Source of the DNA: Promethearchaeota archaeon
GTDB lineage: Archaea; Asgardarchaeota; Lokiarchaeia; Sigyniarchaeales; SOKP01
Length of the DNA stretch: 64,000 bases
Reading direction: 5' to 3'
NCBI GenBank assembly: GCA_048938005.1
Contig: JBHLMQ010000001.1
Coordinates: forward strand, 128,001 to 192,000
Part shown: piece after piece, positions 9,898 to 19,925 of the stretch
Position numbering within the stretch: position 1 is the stretch's first letter
Layout: every line of letters begins with the position of its first letter
Translations under genes and position numbers: made by a program
The notes under the pieces: generated by a model
What the model was told of the DNA's origin: nothing
The model's input: the letters and a program-made list of their open reading frames with translations, nothing else
Database searches by the model: none

Positions 9898-10755
9898 TTG
9901 GAAAGAAAAATTTTTGTCTTAACCGAGGATATGTCTTTTTTTTTTCGGTTAAATAAGGAATTAAACCACCGAAATATTACATTTAAAATTCTAAATATTG
10001 GAAATAAAATTCCAGAGTTTGGAGCTTTAGTTTTAACCACATGTGAAGAATTTAAAAAATATAATCTAAATAATCTCAAAACTAAAATTCTTGCGTATGA
10101 TAAAAATGAAAATTTTGAGAAATTCATGATAAAGTTTATTGCAGCATATAAAATCGGCTATAAAGATAGGTATTCGGAACTAACCTTTTCAATCGATCCC
10201 GGAACTAAACATATAGGATTAGTTGTTTTCTTAGATGATTACTTTTTAATTTCTCATACCATTTATGATAAAGAAGAATTAATAAAAAAACTCAAGAAAT
10301 ATATAGAATTTCTTCAAAATGATGACCAGAGTTCATTAAAATTGCACTTTAAGTTAGGAAGAGGAGTAGTTCCAATAACTCTCAATTTGGTTTCCAAAAT
10401 CTTTAACATTCCTAAGTATAGAAAAATTCCTCAAATTCTTTTAATCGATGAAAGTAAATCTTCAAAAATTAAATTATGTGATAGAGCCGGGAAAAAGATT
10501 CCAAAAGATGAAGCTTCGGCTTTGATTTTAGCTTTGAGAGATGGAATCGAGGTGAATGAAACTAATTATATAAAAATATATGATCAGATTAAATCAAAAA
10601 AACTAAGGACAAACGCTTTTAAGAAAGAAAATTTTGATAACAATAATGAATTAACGTTAAATTTAAGAGAAATAGCTGAAAAAGTATTAAATGATGAACT
10701 GTCTCTTAGTAAATCCATACAAATGATAAAAGAGATTAAAAAACCATTAAATTAA
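9898..10755 (+). CDS. RNase H-like (YqgF/resolvase-like) domain protein
   Basis: SIDPGTKHIGLVV, LIDESKSS and DEASALILA acidic motifs. Confidence 0.65.
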   Translation: MERKIFVLTEDMSFFFRLNKELNHRNITFKILNIGNKIPEFGALVLTTCEEFKKYNLNNLKTKILAYDKNENFEKFMIKFIAAYKIGYKDRYSELTFSIDPGTKHIGLVVFLDDYFLISHTIYDKEELIKKLKKYIEFLQNDDQSSLKLHFKLGRGVVPITLNLVSKIFNIPKYRKIPQILLIDESKSSKIKLCDRAGKKIPKDEASALILALRDGIEVNETNYIKIYDQIKSKKLRTNAFKKENFDNNNELTLNLREIAEKVLNDELSLSKSIQMIKEIKKPLN

Positions 10756-10836
10756 GAAAAAATCAACAATAAAGATAAAAAAAACTATATTTTCAATTAA
10801 TTTTAATTATCAATAAAATGACCTCTTGAAATTTTT

Positions 10837-11940
10837 ATGAAGAGAATAAAAGGCATAGATACAATTCGCGGTTTAAGCATTTTTTTCATGTGTTTTCACA
10901 TCGTTCAATGGTGGATAAGACCCGAAGACTACGAAGAAGTATTTTACTTAGTTGTAGGAATTGTTGGTGAAATAGCAGCTTCAGGATTATTATTTATTTC
11001 AGGAGTAAGTGCGGTAATGTTATATAGAAACAGACTTGCTAAAGCTAAAATCTCAGATGCGTACAGTATAGAACAAGTAAAAAATGAATACCTATTTCGA
11101 GCTTTAATCATACTAATTATAGCTTTTATATTTAATAGTATTATAGCAATCGGAACACTAAATCCTTTGGATATTTGGAAATGGTTTATACCACTAACAA
11201 TTGGCCTTTCATTACTATTGGCATTTCCGCTTTTAAAAACTTCAAAATCTTTCAGAATATTATTAGCATTAATTCTTTGGATAATACATTATTATCTTCT
11301 TGCAGTTCTTTCTCCTCATCAAGGACAGTTAAACATTTTTGGAATATTATATTATATTTTTTACAATTCGATAGATGTACACCCTTTAATATATTATTTC
11401 AGCTTCTTTTTAATAGGAACAGTTATAGCAGATATAATTCTCGATATATTTCTCAAAGATAATCAAGAAGAGAGAAGATTGGATTTGAAAAATAAATTTG
11501 TTTTTCCATCATTAATAATAGGACCAATTTTAGTATTAATTGGAGTCTTATTTCGTTTTCCTGATTTTTTAATACATATCACGTTTTCATCAACTGTTTA
11601 TACACTAGGTGTATTTTTAACTATAATGTCGGTATCCTTAATCATTCAAGAGTTCGAAGTTATTAAATTACAAAAAAACTATAGGTTTTTTTATTTTTAC
11701 TCTTATTATTCCTTAACTGTCTTTTTTTCACATTATTTATTATATTTCATATTTTTAGAGCAATTAAATGCAGTTAACATTTGGATCGCTGTAGTTGTAA
11801 CATTTATATTATTAACTCTGTTAATTAGAGTTATTTATAAAAAATTTGGACCAAAAGCTTCTTTAAAGGTACAAATTGGCAGAATATCAGGGATTTTAGC
11901 GAGACGGGTGGAGGCTAAAAAAAGAAATAGATCAATCTAG
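10837..11940 (+). CDS. DUF1624 / HGSNAT-like membrane acyltransferase
   Basis: N-terminal RIKGIDTIRGLSIFFMCFH, LFISGVS, about 10 TM helices, YSLTVFFSHY. Confidence 0.8.
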   Translation: MKRIKGIDTIRGLSIFFMCFHIVQWWIRPEDYEEVFYLVVGIVGEIAASGLLFISGVSAVMLYRNRLAKAKISDAYSIEQVKNEYLFRALIILIIAFIFNSIIAIGTLNPLDIWKWFIPLTIGLSLLLAFPLLKTSKSFRILLALILWIIHYYLLAVLSPHQGQLNIFGILYYIFYNSIDVHPLIYYFSFFLIGTVIADIILDIFLKDNQEERRLDLKNKFVFPSLIIGPILVLIGVLFRFPDFLIHITFSSTVYTLGVFLTIMSVSLIIQEFEVIKLQKNYRFFYFYSYYSLTVFFSHYLLYFIFLEQLNAVNIWIAVVVTFILLTLLIRVIYKKFGPKASLKVQIGRISGILARRVEAKKRNRSI

Positions 11941-12155
11941 ACTAAAAATCTTTTCATAAAAGTAATATTCGTCTTTTTTGATCCATTAGTTTATTCAATA
12001 GTAATAACAGCTGGTTTTTTATAGAAAGCGTGGTTTTCTTATATGGTATAAAATTAATTTTTTGTAAAATAATTTAGCAAACGGCTTTAATAAAAGAATA
12101 GATAAAAAGATGAGGCTCAAGCTTAAATATTTACATTGTTGGAAAAAGAAATTTA

Positions 12156-12938
12156 ATGAAAGAAAGAATTGATATTTTATTAGTAGAAAGAAATTTGGCT
12201 GATAGTAGGACTAAAGCACAATGGCTAATAAAAAATGGTTATGTATTAGTCAATAAAAAGCAAATCATTAAGCCTAGTAAAAGAATAGAAAATACTCTTG
12301 AAATTCAGGTGACACAAAGTTATCCTTATGTTGGACGCGGAGGACTGAAATTAAAAGCCGCAATAAAGGAATTTTCAATTTCTGTTAAAGGGAAGATTTG
12401 TGCTGATATAGGATCTTCCGTTGGAGGATTTACAGATTGTTTAATAAAGAATGGAGCCTTGAAAGTATATGCGATTGATACAGCAACAGATTTACTTCAC
12501 CCTTCACTACGGTGCGAAAAGATGAAGGAGAAGATAATTCCATTATTAGGAGTAGATGCCCGTAATTTAATTCCTATTGAAGAGTTAGTAGATATTTGTA
12601 CGATTGATATGACATTTACCTCATTAAGAGTAGTTTTACCAAAAGTAAAAAGAATCCTCAAAAAAAATGGTGATATTATCGCATTAGTAAAGCCTATTTT
12701 TGAAACAGAATTCTATAATAAACATAGGTTTGATATTATAAAAGATACAAACCACCTTTTTCAAATTCTTAATGAACTAATTCAATGGATTATAGAAAAT
12801 CATTTTTTTCCAAATGGAATCATTAAATCACCCATTTTAGGCAAAGAGGGGTCAATAGAATTTTTTATTCATCTAAAATTAAAAAAACCTAATTTATATT
12901 TCAATCCTAAAAAAATGATAAAAGACATTTTAAAATGA
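12156..12938 (+). CDS. tlyA: TlyA family rRNA 2'-O-methyltransferase (S4 + FtsJ domains)
   Basis: RIDILLVERNLADSRTKA, YVGRGGLKL, DIGSSVGGFTDCL, ALVKPIFE, SPILGKEGSIEF. Confidence 0.92.
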   Translation: MKERIDILLVERNLADSRTKAQWLIKNGYVLVNKKQIIKPSKRIENTLEIQVTQSYPYVGRGGLKLKAAIKEFSISVKGKICADIGSSVGGFTDCLIKNGALKVYAIDTATDLLHPSLRCEKMKEKIIPLLGVDARNLIPIEELVDICTIDMTFTSLRVVLPKVKRILKKNGDIIALVKPIFETEFYNKHRFDIIKDTNHLFQILNELIQWIIENHFFPNGIIKSPILGKEGSIEFFIHLKLKKPNLYFNPKKMIKDILK

Positions 12939-12983
12939 AATTATTTACGAAAAAACTAATTATCATTGTTTTTAGATAAAGTA

Positions 12984-14156
12984 TCATTTTTTAGGGTAAT
13001 TATTGAACACTTTACCCCATTCTGTTTGGTAAAATTTCTTAATTCTTCGTTTTCCAATAGTGGGGTACCATAACATATCATGATAAATCATGGAAGCATA
13101 AGTAGGTCCTAGAAAGAAGAGTTCATTTTTGAATAGAGGATAGAGAAATTGTAAAGATCCTTTGCGTACCATTTGATCACCCCAAATAACTATACTGCGT
13201 TTAACATTAAAATTCCAATTTATATTAGATATATCTTCACCTATAATTTCAATTTGGTCGATATCTCCACATCCAAGACCTTCTTCATGAGCCATTCTTA
13301 TTGCGGGTAATTTTAAAGGGTCAAATCCCATTATTTTAGCAACGATTGTATCTATTGCAACTTGATCATACCCTGCAAGAATATAATTTTTAATACGAGG
13401 TATCATTGTTCTTGGTCCTGCTCCATCTCCGCACACTGTCCCATCTACAATTGCAAGTATACTTGGATGAATTTGTTTTTGAATAATCAGTAAATCTACT
13501 AACACTTCAGACATATATTGATGTGAAAAATGTCTTCTTTTTGTTAAGAGCCCTCCAAAAGCATTTTTCATAGCACAGGTTATACCCCCATGCTTCAATT
13601 CTCCAGTAGTCTTTTTTAATGAACCACCAACAGCGCCAGTATGTCCATGAGTTTTTATTGTTGGCAAATGTATTATTGGCTTCCCTACATAAAACTTAGG
13701 AATAGAAAAACCCTCTGGAAATATTTTAGAATCTAAAACATGGAGCTTCATATTTTTTAGTGTAAGAAATTTCGATCTTAAAGATTCATATGGAACAAAG
13801 GGGATTCGAGTTAAGGGTACAAACCATACTCCATATTTCTTGAAAATTGGTCCCCACTTATTTCCCTTTAATCCTTTCTCAATATTAGTAACTACTGTTC
13901 GATTTTCCGCTGTAAATAAGTTTCTAGGGTTAAAACCATCATCAATCATTGATTTTAATACTCCCTCTACCTGCCAGGGGGGACTAGAACATGCAGGGAA
14001 GAATTTTGACCAACTAAGATTTAATTTGATAATAATTTTTTCATTTTTCTTAAAATGGTTCTTGTAATCTGCTAGCTGCATTAGTCTTTTATAATCGTAA
14101 AAGACTGTTTTAGGTGATGTTTTAATTATATAGATTTTAGAATTTTTTAGTGTCAT
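12984..14156 (-). CDS. DUF362 family (putative Fe-S) protein
   Basis: IKLNLSW, PTIKTHGH, CAMKNAFGGL, DGTVCGDGAGP, DQVAID. Confidence 0.82.
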   Translation of the reverse strand: MTLKNSKIYIIKTSPKTVFYDYKRLMQLADYKNHFKKNEKIIIKLNLSWSKFFPACSSPPWQVEGVLKSMIDDGFNPRNLFTAENRTVVTNIEKGLKGNKWGPIFKKYGVWFVPLTRIPFVPYESLRSKFLTLKNMKLHVLDSKIFPEGFSIPKFYVGKPIIHLPTIKTHGHTGAVGGSLKKTTGELKHGGITCAMKNAFGGLLTKRRHFSHQYMSEVLVDLLIIQKQIHPSILAIVDGTVCGDGAGPRTMIPRIKNYILAGYDQVAIDTIVAKIMGFDPLKLPAIRMAHEEGLGCGDIDQIEIIGEDISNINWNFNVKRSIVIWGDQMVRKGSLQFLYPLFKNELFFLGPTYASMIYHDMLWYPTIGKRRIKKFYQTEWGKVFNNYPKK

Positions 14157-14284
14157 TACCTAATAGAAATTATAATCCTTTAACTTAATTGCGAAATATT
14201 GATAGTTTAAATAATAACCATTAAACGAGTTTTTAATCATAAAAAATTAAATGAAAAATTTAGAAAATTTAATAGAAAAGAGAG

Positions 14285-15739
14285 TTAATCTGAAATGAAT
14301 TTCATTCCTTCATAAGATTTCTTCTCTTGTTTTAGTGGTAAACAATACATATAATGATCTCCACCAAGATATATCTTTTTAGGACTTTCTATACCACAAT
14401 TGTTGTGTTTATCTTTTTCAGGGCATCTAGGATGAAAAGCACATCCTGAAGGGGGGTTAATTGGGCTGGGAACGTCGCCTTCTAATATAATTCTTTCCTT
14501 TTTCGAAGAAGGATCGAATGTTGGTCTTGCAGACAATAAGGCTTTAGAATATGGATGTGTTGGATTGTAAAAAACTTCATCAATCTTCCCTTCTTCTACA
14601 AATTTGCCTAAATACATTACTGCGATTCTATCAGCTATGTGTTGTACCACACTTAAATCGTGAGTAATAAAAAGAAAGGATAAATCAAATTTAACCTGAA
14701 GATCTTTTAATAAATTCAAAATTTGTGCTTGAACAGATACATCTAGAGCAGATGTAGGTTCATCCAAAATAATTATTTCAGGATTGCATGCGAGAGCTCT
14801 AGCTATTACAATTCTTTGTTTTTGGCCCCCTGAAAATTCATGAGGATATCGATCCAAGTGCTCCGCTTTCATAGATACCGTTTCTAAAAGTTCGAGAACC
14901 CGTTTACGTTTATCTCTCCTTTTAGTTATACCTTGCAGAATACGAAGAGGTTCACCGATAATATCAACTATTTTCCAACGTGGATTTAATGAAGCATCAG
15001 GATCTTGAAACACAATTTGAATCTTTTTACGAAGTTCCTTAGTAAACGGATTAAATTTATTTAAGGCTCTATTAAAACTTTTTTTTGTTGTTATTACAAC
15101 ACTATGTTGAAATGTTTTGTTAACATTCGGCGGCAATCTACCTAAAACTAAAAGAGAGAGGAAGAAAGAAGAGAGAGACGCAAAAGAAAGAGAGATAGAG
15201 ACGGGAACAAAAGAGGGGGAGAGAAAGGGAGAAGAGATTGAGAGAGAAAGAGAGAAGACAGAAAGAGTGAGAGATAGAAATAGAAAAGATAGAGAATGAA
15301 AAACTTTATGAATATTATGGTAGAATTTCTTTATATGTGGTTGCATCCTTAACAACAATCTTAAAAATATTTTAAAAGCAATTAAAATTGCTGGATAAAG
15401 TCGAAGGTATTTTAACTTGCCTCTTTCCTTTTTTTCAATTGGTTTAGTCATTCCCTGAACGATTCTTTGATTCTTGTAAAAAATTTCCCCCGATGTTGCT
15501 CTAACTAGATTTAGAATTGTATTTCCGATTGTTGTTTTACCACATCCACTTTCTCCAACTAATCCTAGAGTCTCTCTTTTATAAAGGTTAAAAGTCACAC
15601 CATCTACAGCCTTAACTTCTCCAATTTTACGCTTAAAAAGTCCACCGAGAATGGGATAATAAGTTTTAAGATCCTTTACAGAAAGAATAACTTCTCGTTT
15701 TTTTTTGGGGCTTATTATTTTTTCTTTTACAAGAGTCAT
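14285..15739 (-). CDS. oppF: Oligopeptide ABC transporter ATP-binding protein (OppF/DppF) with a ~135-aa insertion
   Basis: GESGCGKT, QIVFQDP, FSGGQKQR, DEPTSALD, C-terminal PPSGCAFHPRC oligo_HPY motif. Confidence 0.9.
   Translation of the reverse strand: MTLVKEKIISPKKKREVILSVKDLKTYYPILGGLFKRKIGEVKAVDGVTFNLYKRETLGLVGESGCGKTTIGNTILNLVRATSGEIFYKNQRIVQGMTKPIEKKERGKLKYLRLYPAILIAFKIFLRLLLRMQPHIKKFYHNIHKVFHSLSFLFLSLTLSVFSLSLSISSPFLSPSFVPVSISLSFASLSSFFLSLLVLGRLPPNVNKTFQHSVVITTKKSFNRALNKFNPFTKELRKKIQIVFQDPDASLNPRWKIVDIIGEPLRILQGITKRRDKRKRVLELLETVSMKAEHLDRYPHEFSGGQKQRIVIARALACNPEIIILDEPTSALDVSVQAQILNLLKDLQVKFDLSFLFITHDLSVVQHIADRIAVMYLGKFVEEGKIDEVFYNPTHPYSKALLSARPTFDPSSKKERIILEGDVPSPINPPSGCAFHPRCPEKDKHNNCGIESPKKIYLGGDHYMYCLPLKQEKKSYEGMKFISD
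15151..15303. repeat. Low-complexity polypurine (GA-rich, + strand) / polypyrimidine tract inside oppF
   Basis: About 150 nt almost entirely A/G on the + strand with degenerate (GA)n units; encodes an S/L/F-rich segment on the - strand. Confidence 0.85.
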
Positions 15740-15775
15740 TTTTTAATTTTCCTTTAAAATTAGGTCTCTATAATA

Positions 15776-17053
15776 TTATATTTTAGATGTTTTTTTAAGT
15801 TCACCTTCTACCCATTGATATTTTGGTGAATTTTTATATTTGTCATCGAAAAGATGACATGCTACATAATATTTATCTCCAATTTTTAGAAATCGTGGTT
15901 TTATTTTATCACAAACTTCCATCCGATAATCACATCTTGGATGGAATCTACATCCTGATGGAGGGTAAATTAAGTTTGGAACCATTCCTCGAATAGTTTG
16001 TAGCTCTTGATCTCTCTTTTCTATACTTGGAATTGCTCCAATCAGCCCCTGAGTATAAGGATGGCGTGGATTTTTAAATAATTCATCAGCAGTTGCATAC
16101 TCTACGATATTTCCGCTGTACATAACTGCTACCCTATCACATATTTCTGCGATAATTCCTAAATCATGTGTAATTAAAAGAATAGATGTTTTGATTCTTT
16201 TTTTCAATTCTTTCATTAAATCAAGAATCTGAGCTTGAATAGTTACATCTAAGGCTGTTGTGGGTTCATCAGCAATTAAAAGTAACGGATTGCATGAAAG
16301 CGCCATCGCAATCATTACACGCTGTCTCATCCCACCGCTTAATTCATGGGGGTATCTTTTCAAAATTCCTTTTGCATCCGCAATACCCACTTCCTCTATT
16401 ACTTTTTCCGATTTTTCTAATGCGATCTGTTTTAAAGTTGGTTTATTTTCTATTTTTCCTTTAAGTTCTTTAATTTTTTTCTTAATTTCTTTTTGTTCTT
16501 CTTTTGTCCTTCTATCATCTTTTTCTTTTAATCCGTTTTCTAAATCTTTTACCTCTTGACTTATCTTTTTCCTATTCAAAAGCCTCTCTTCTAAGATTTC
16601 CTTAAGTAAATCTAGTTGGTGTAATAAGAATACTTCTAACATCTGCTTACCAACTGTAAAGACAGGATTAAGTGAATTTAAAGGATCCTGAAAAATCATG
16701 GTAATATCCTTACCACGATATTCCCTCATTTGTTCGTCGGATAACTCCAACAGGTTTATATTGTTAAATTTTATATATCCATCAATAATTTTTCCAGGAG
16801 ATCTTACAAGACGTAATATCGAAAGAGCTGTAACAGATTTTCCGCAACCTGTTTCACCGACTAGGCCTAGTACCTCATCTTCATAGATATCAAATGTAAT
16901 ACCATCAACTGCTTTAACAATTCCCTCTTCAGTATAAAAATATGTTTTAAGGTTGTTAATTTCAACTAGGAGATTAGAAGACCTTTCTATTAAAGAATTT
17001 AATCTTAAGGTTTCGTGATTTTCAATTAATTCATTTTTTTTAGTCAGATTCAT
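15776..17053 (-). CDS. oppD: Oligopeptide ABC transporter ATP-binding protein (OppD/DppD)
   Basis: GETGCGKS, MIFQDP, YPHELSGGMRQR, DEPTTALD, GCRFHPRC. Confidence 0.93.
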   Translation of the reverse strand: MNLTKKNELIENHETLRLNSLIERSSNLLVEINNLKTYFYTEEGIVKAVDGITFDIYEDEVLGLVGETGCGKSVTALSILRLVRSPGKIIDGYIKFNNINLLELSDEQMREYRGKDITMIFQDPLNSLNPVFTVGKQMLEVFLLHQLDLLKEILEERLLNRKKISQEVKDLENGLKEKDDRRTKEEQKEIKKKIKELKGKIENKPTLKQIALEKSEKVIEEVGIADAKGILKRYPHELSGGMRQRVMIAMALSCNPLLLIADEPTTALDVTIQAQILDLMKELKKRIKTSILLITHDLGIIAEICDRVAVMYSGNIVEYATADELFKNPRHPYTQGLIGAIPSIEKRDQELQTIRGMVPNLIYPPSGCRFHPRCDYRMEVCDKIKPRFLKIGDKYYVACHLFDDKYKNSPKYQWVEGELKKTSKI

Positions 17054-17104
17054 TTTCCCTTTTTCTCATCAATTCTATGAAATGTTTTTTACGTAATAAG
17101 AATA

Positions 17105-18154
17105 TTACAGGTTTCTCAATCTTGGATCCAAAGCATCTCTAAGTCCATCGCCAACTAACATAAAGCCCAATACAGCTATTAAGATCATGAACCCCGGCCA
17201 GAAGGGTGCCCATGGTGCATCGATATAATGAAGCCTAGCCGTAGAGATATCATTACCCCACTCGATTAAATAAGGATCTTTATAACCCAAAAAGCTAAGC
17301 CCTGCTAAGCTTAATATAACACCCCCAATATCGAACGTGAATGATATTATGATTGGCTGTATAGTGTTTGGAAGTATGTGCCTAAACATTATTCTAAAAT
17401 TTCCTGCCCCCGATGCTCTTGCTGCTTGTATATATGGCAATTCTCGGGCTTGCATTACTGATCCTCTAATTAAACGTGCATAAAAAGGAACACCGAGAAT
17501 TCCATAGGCTAACATTATATAAGTCATATCATATTCTCCACTTCTTGCTAGAATTGAAACAAATACTAAAGCAAGAATCAGTGCTGGAAATGCGAGAAAA
17601 ATATCTGCTATTCTCATTATTAATGAATCGACCCATCCTCCAAAATAACCTGCAATAACGCCAAAGATTATACCAAAAGAAACACTAAATAATATAGCTG
17701 GTAGAGCGATTGTTAGAGATGATCTCGCTCCAAATATTATTCTCCCTAAGATGTCTTGTCCGAAATCTGTTGTGCCTAGAGGATGCTCTGGAGATGGTGG
17801 TTGATATACACACACTGGCATTTCTGGAGTAGTTTTACAGACACTATTTAATTCTTCATAGGAGTATGGTGAAATCCAGGGCGCAAAAACCGCAAACGTT
17901 ATTAGGACAAAAACAATCACTATTCCAAGTATAGTCAATGTTGATTTCAATCTTCGTAAAAATTTCCTTTTACTTATTGTTTTTTCATATTCAACTTCCC
18001 TAAATGTGAGTTCTTCTAATCTGGAACCTGGTAATAAAAGAAATTTAAGGTTTGAGAAAAACCAAGATATTACACTTTTAGATATTTTTTCTTCTTTTTT
18101 ACCTTCCATTCTTTCCAGTTCGATTTGTTCTAGAATTTTTTCTTGTCTTGTCAT
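17105..18154 (-). CDS. oppC: Oligopeptide ABC transporter permease (OppC/DppC)
   Basis: HPLGTTDFGQDILGR, EAA-like YIQAARASGA, RHILPN, GDGLRDALDPR. Confidence 0.93.
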   Translation of the reverse strand: MTRQEKILEQIELERMEGKKEEKISKSVISWFFSNLKFLLLPGSRLEELTFREVEYEKTISKRKFLRRLKSTLTILGIVIVFVLITFAVFAPWISPYSYEELNSVCKTTPEMPVCVYQPPSPEHPLGTTDFGQDILGRIIFGARSSLTIALPAILFSVSFGIIFGVIAGYFGGWVDSLIMRIADIFLAFPALILALVFVSILARSGEYDMTYIMLAYGILGVPFYARLIRGSVMQARELPYIQAARASGAGNFRIMFRHILPNTIQPIIISFTFDIGGVILSLAGLSFLGYKDPYLIEWGNDISTARLHYIDAPWAPFWPGFMILIAVLGFMLVGDGLRDALDPRLRNL

Positions 18155-18196
18155 AATATTTTTCGCTTTAAATTTTATAAATTTTTTAATTTTTCA

Positions 18197-19216
18197 TTAA
18201 TATCTTATTCTGGGATCTATTACTGCGTAGAGCATATCAACTATTAAATTAACAAATATAAATAAAAACGCAGTAAGTAGAACAATGGCATTCAATAGCC
18301 AATAATCAACATCCCTTATGGCCCAAATTAATAGATCTCCCATTCCCCATAGGCTAAAAGTCGTTTCGGTAAGAACAGCGCCTCCTAATAACCCACCAAA
18401 GTTTAATCCTATGACAGTTACCGTTGGAATTAATGAGTTTCTAAGAGCATGAGAATTTATTACAGTTTTTTCTTTACATCCTTTAGCCCTTGCTGTTCTT
18501 ATATAATCTTGTTCTAATACTTCAAGCATGCTTGATCGTGATTGTCTAGTAATGGATGCTAGAATTATAAATGATAAACATAATACAGGTAAGATCAAAT
18601 GATATATGTAATCTATCATCAAATCAAACCGACCTGATAGCAATGAGTCAATTAATCTGAATCCTGTAAGATATGGAGGATCTGAGTTCGGACCCGATGT
18701 TTTATATCCAATTGCTGGGAATATAGGAATTTGATATGCAAAAATCCACTGAAGCGTCAGTCCTAGCCAAAATACTGGAATTGATACTCCTACTAAGGCA
18801 AGTCCTCTTATTACTGTGTCTTTAGCTTTATTTCTATGGGTTGCTGAAATAACTCCAGTTTTAATACCAACAAACGCGGCAATAATCATAGAAAATAGAG
18901 CAATATCCATAGTTCTAGGAAATCTTTTCCAAACGAGGCCCCAGACTGGAGCACCTGGAGCAACGGAAACAGAATCACCCCAATTTCCCGTAAAAATATC
19001 TCCAACATATCTAAAAAATTGTATTATTATTGGTTGGTCAAGTCCGAGTGCAACTAAGGCATCTCGATATTGTTGAGGTGTATGTCGCTCTGGTAGAACT
19101 GCCAAGACTGGATCTCCAGGCATTAATCTAGAAAGCACAAATGTCATAATTAAAATCCCAAATAATACTGGGATCATTGCGACAAGTCTCCTGATAAAAT
19201 ATTTAAGCATACTCAT
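18197..19216 (-). CDS. oppB: Oligopeptide ABC transporter permease (OppB/DppB)
   Basis: YFIRRL, PGDP, QDYIRTARAKG, HALRNSLIP, GAVLTE, DPRIRY. Confidence 0.94.
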   Translation of the reverse strand: MSMLKYFIRRLVAMIPVLFGILIMTFVLSRLMPGDPVLAVLPERHTPQQYRDALVALGLDQPIIIQFFRYVGDIFTGNWGDSVSVAPGAPVWGLVWKRFPRTMDIALFSMIIAAFVGIKTGVISATHRNKAKDTVIRGLALVGVSIPVFWLGLTLQWIFAYQIPIFPAIGYKTSGPNSDPPYLTGFRLIDSLLSGRFDLMIDYIYHLILPVLCLSFIILASITRQSRSSMLEVLEQDYIRTARAKGCKEKTVINSHALRNSLIPTVTVIGLNFGGLLGGAVLTETTFSLWGMGDLLIWAIRDVDYWLLNAIVLLTAFLFIFVNLIVDMLYAVIDPRIRY

Positions 19217-19312
19217 AAGCTTTCATATCTCATACTATTTGTTGATTTTTTTTAAATTTATATTTTCATTTATTGAAAAATTATTTTTAATATTTAATAT
19301 TTAACTCTTAAT

Positions 19313-19756
19313 TTATTTAATTTTACTTTTAGATTCATATTTCTGTTTAATTATTGCAGCTAAAATCGCAGAAAAAATATTGATTCCTAATAACGAAAAA
19401 ATTGTAAGATATCCTCTGTAGTTAGTAAAGAATTCACCAATTTTTACAAATTCAAAACCATTTATGAACCAATACCATATCCATGATTCTATTATTATAA
19501 TAAGCGTAAGCCATATACTATTCCTAATTCCATATTCAAAAAAATGTTCTCTATACGCCATAAAAAATACAATTGCAAAAAGAATAATGAAAGAAAAGAA
19601 TGTTCTTCGAGAAAATAAAACTTGATATAAATATAAAATTCTAAGCCCAACTCCTTCTTCAAAATATAAACATATATATCCAAAAAATAGAAAATGAATC
19701 ATTAAAACTGCAAATATAAAGTTGCCCTGTCTAGCCAGTTCAATTTTAAATTTCAT
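19313..19756 (-). CDS. Uncharacterised 4-TM membrane protein within the opp cluster
   Basis: 147-aa ORF with four hydrophobic segments, co-directional between oppA and oppB. Confidence 0.7.
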   Translation of the reverse strand: MKFKIELARQGNFIFAVLMIHFLFFGYICLYFEEGVGLRILYLYQVLFSRRTFFSFIILFAIVFFMAYREHFFEYGIRNSIWLTLIIIIESWIWYWFINGFEFVKIGEFFTNYRGYLTIFSLLGINIFSAILAAIIKQKYESKSKIK

Positions 19757-19925
19757 GCGTTTTTCCTCAAATTAATATCTGTTACTTAATTTAAATTTTT
19801 TTTTACAAGTTAATCTTTACAATATTTTTACATGCAACATATTTTATTAATTATTTTCTAATAAAAGAATAAAAAAAAAATTATAATTATTTTTTTTAGA
19901 ATTTCTTAATATTTCTATGGATTGT

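Noticed and set aside
15117-15299. 60-aa R/E/K-rich plus-strand ORF
   Set aside because: Stop-free by-product of the polypurine tract, antisense to oppF
15130-15460. Spliceosomal-like intron (polypyrimidine tract ending TTTTAG) or intein in oppF
   Set aside because: No convincing 5' GTRAG donor at the insert boundary, the insert continues ~90 nt past the AG, the frame is open throughout, there are no intein C/S...HN termini, and archaea have no known spliceosome
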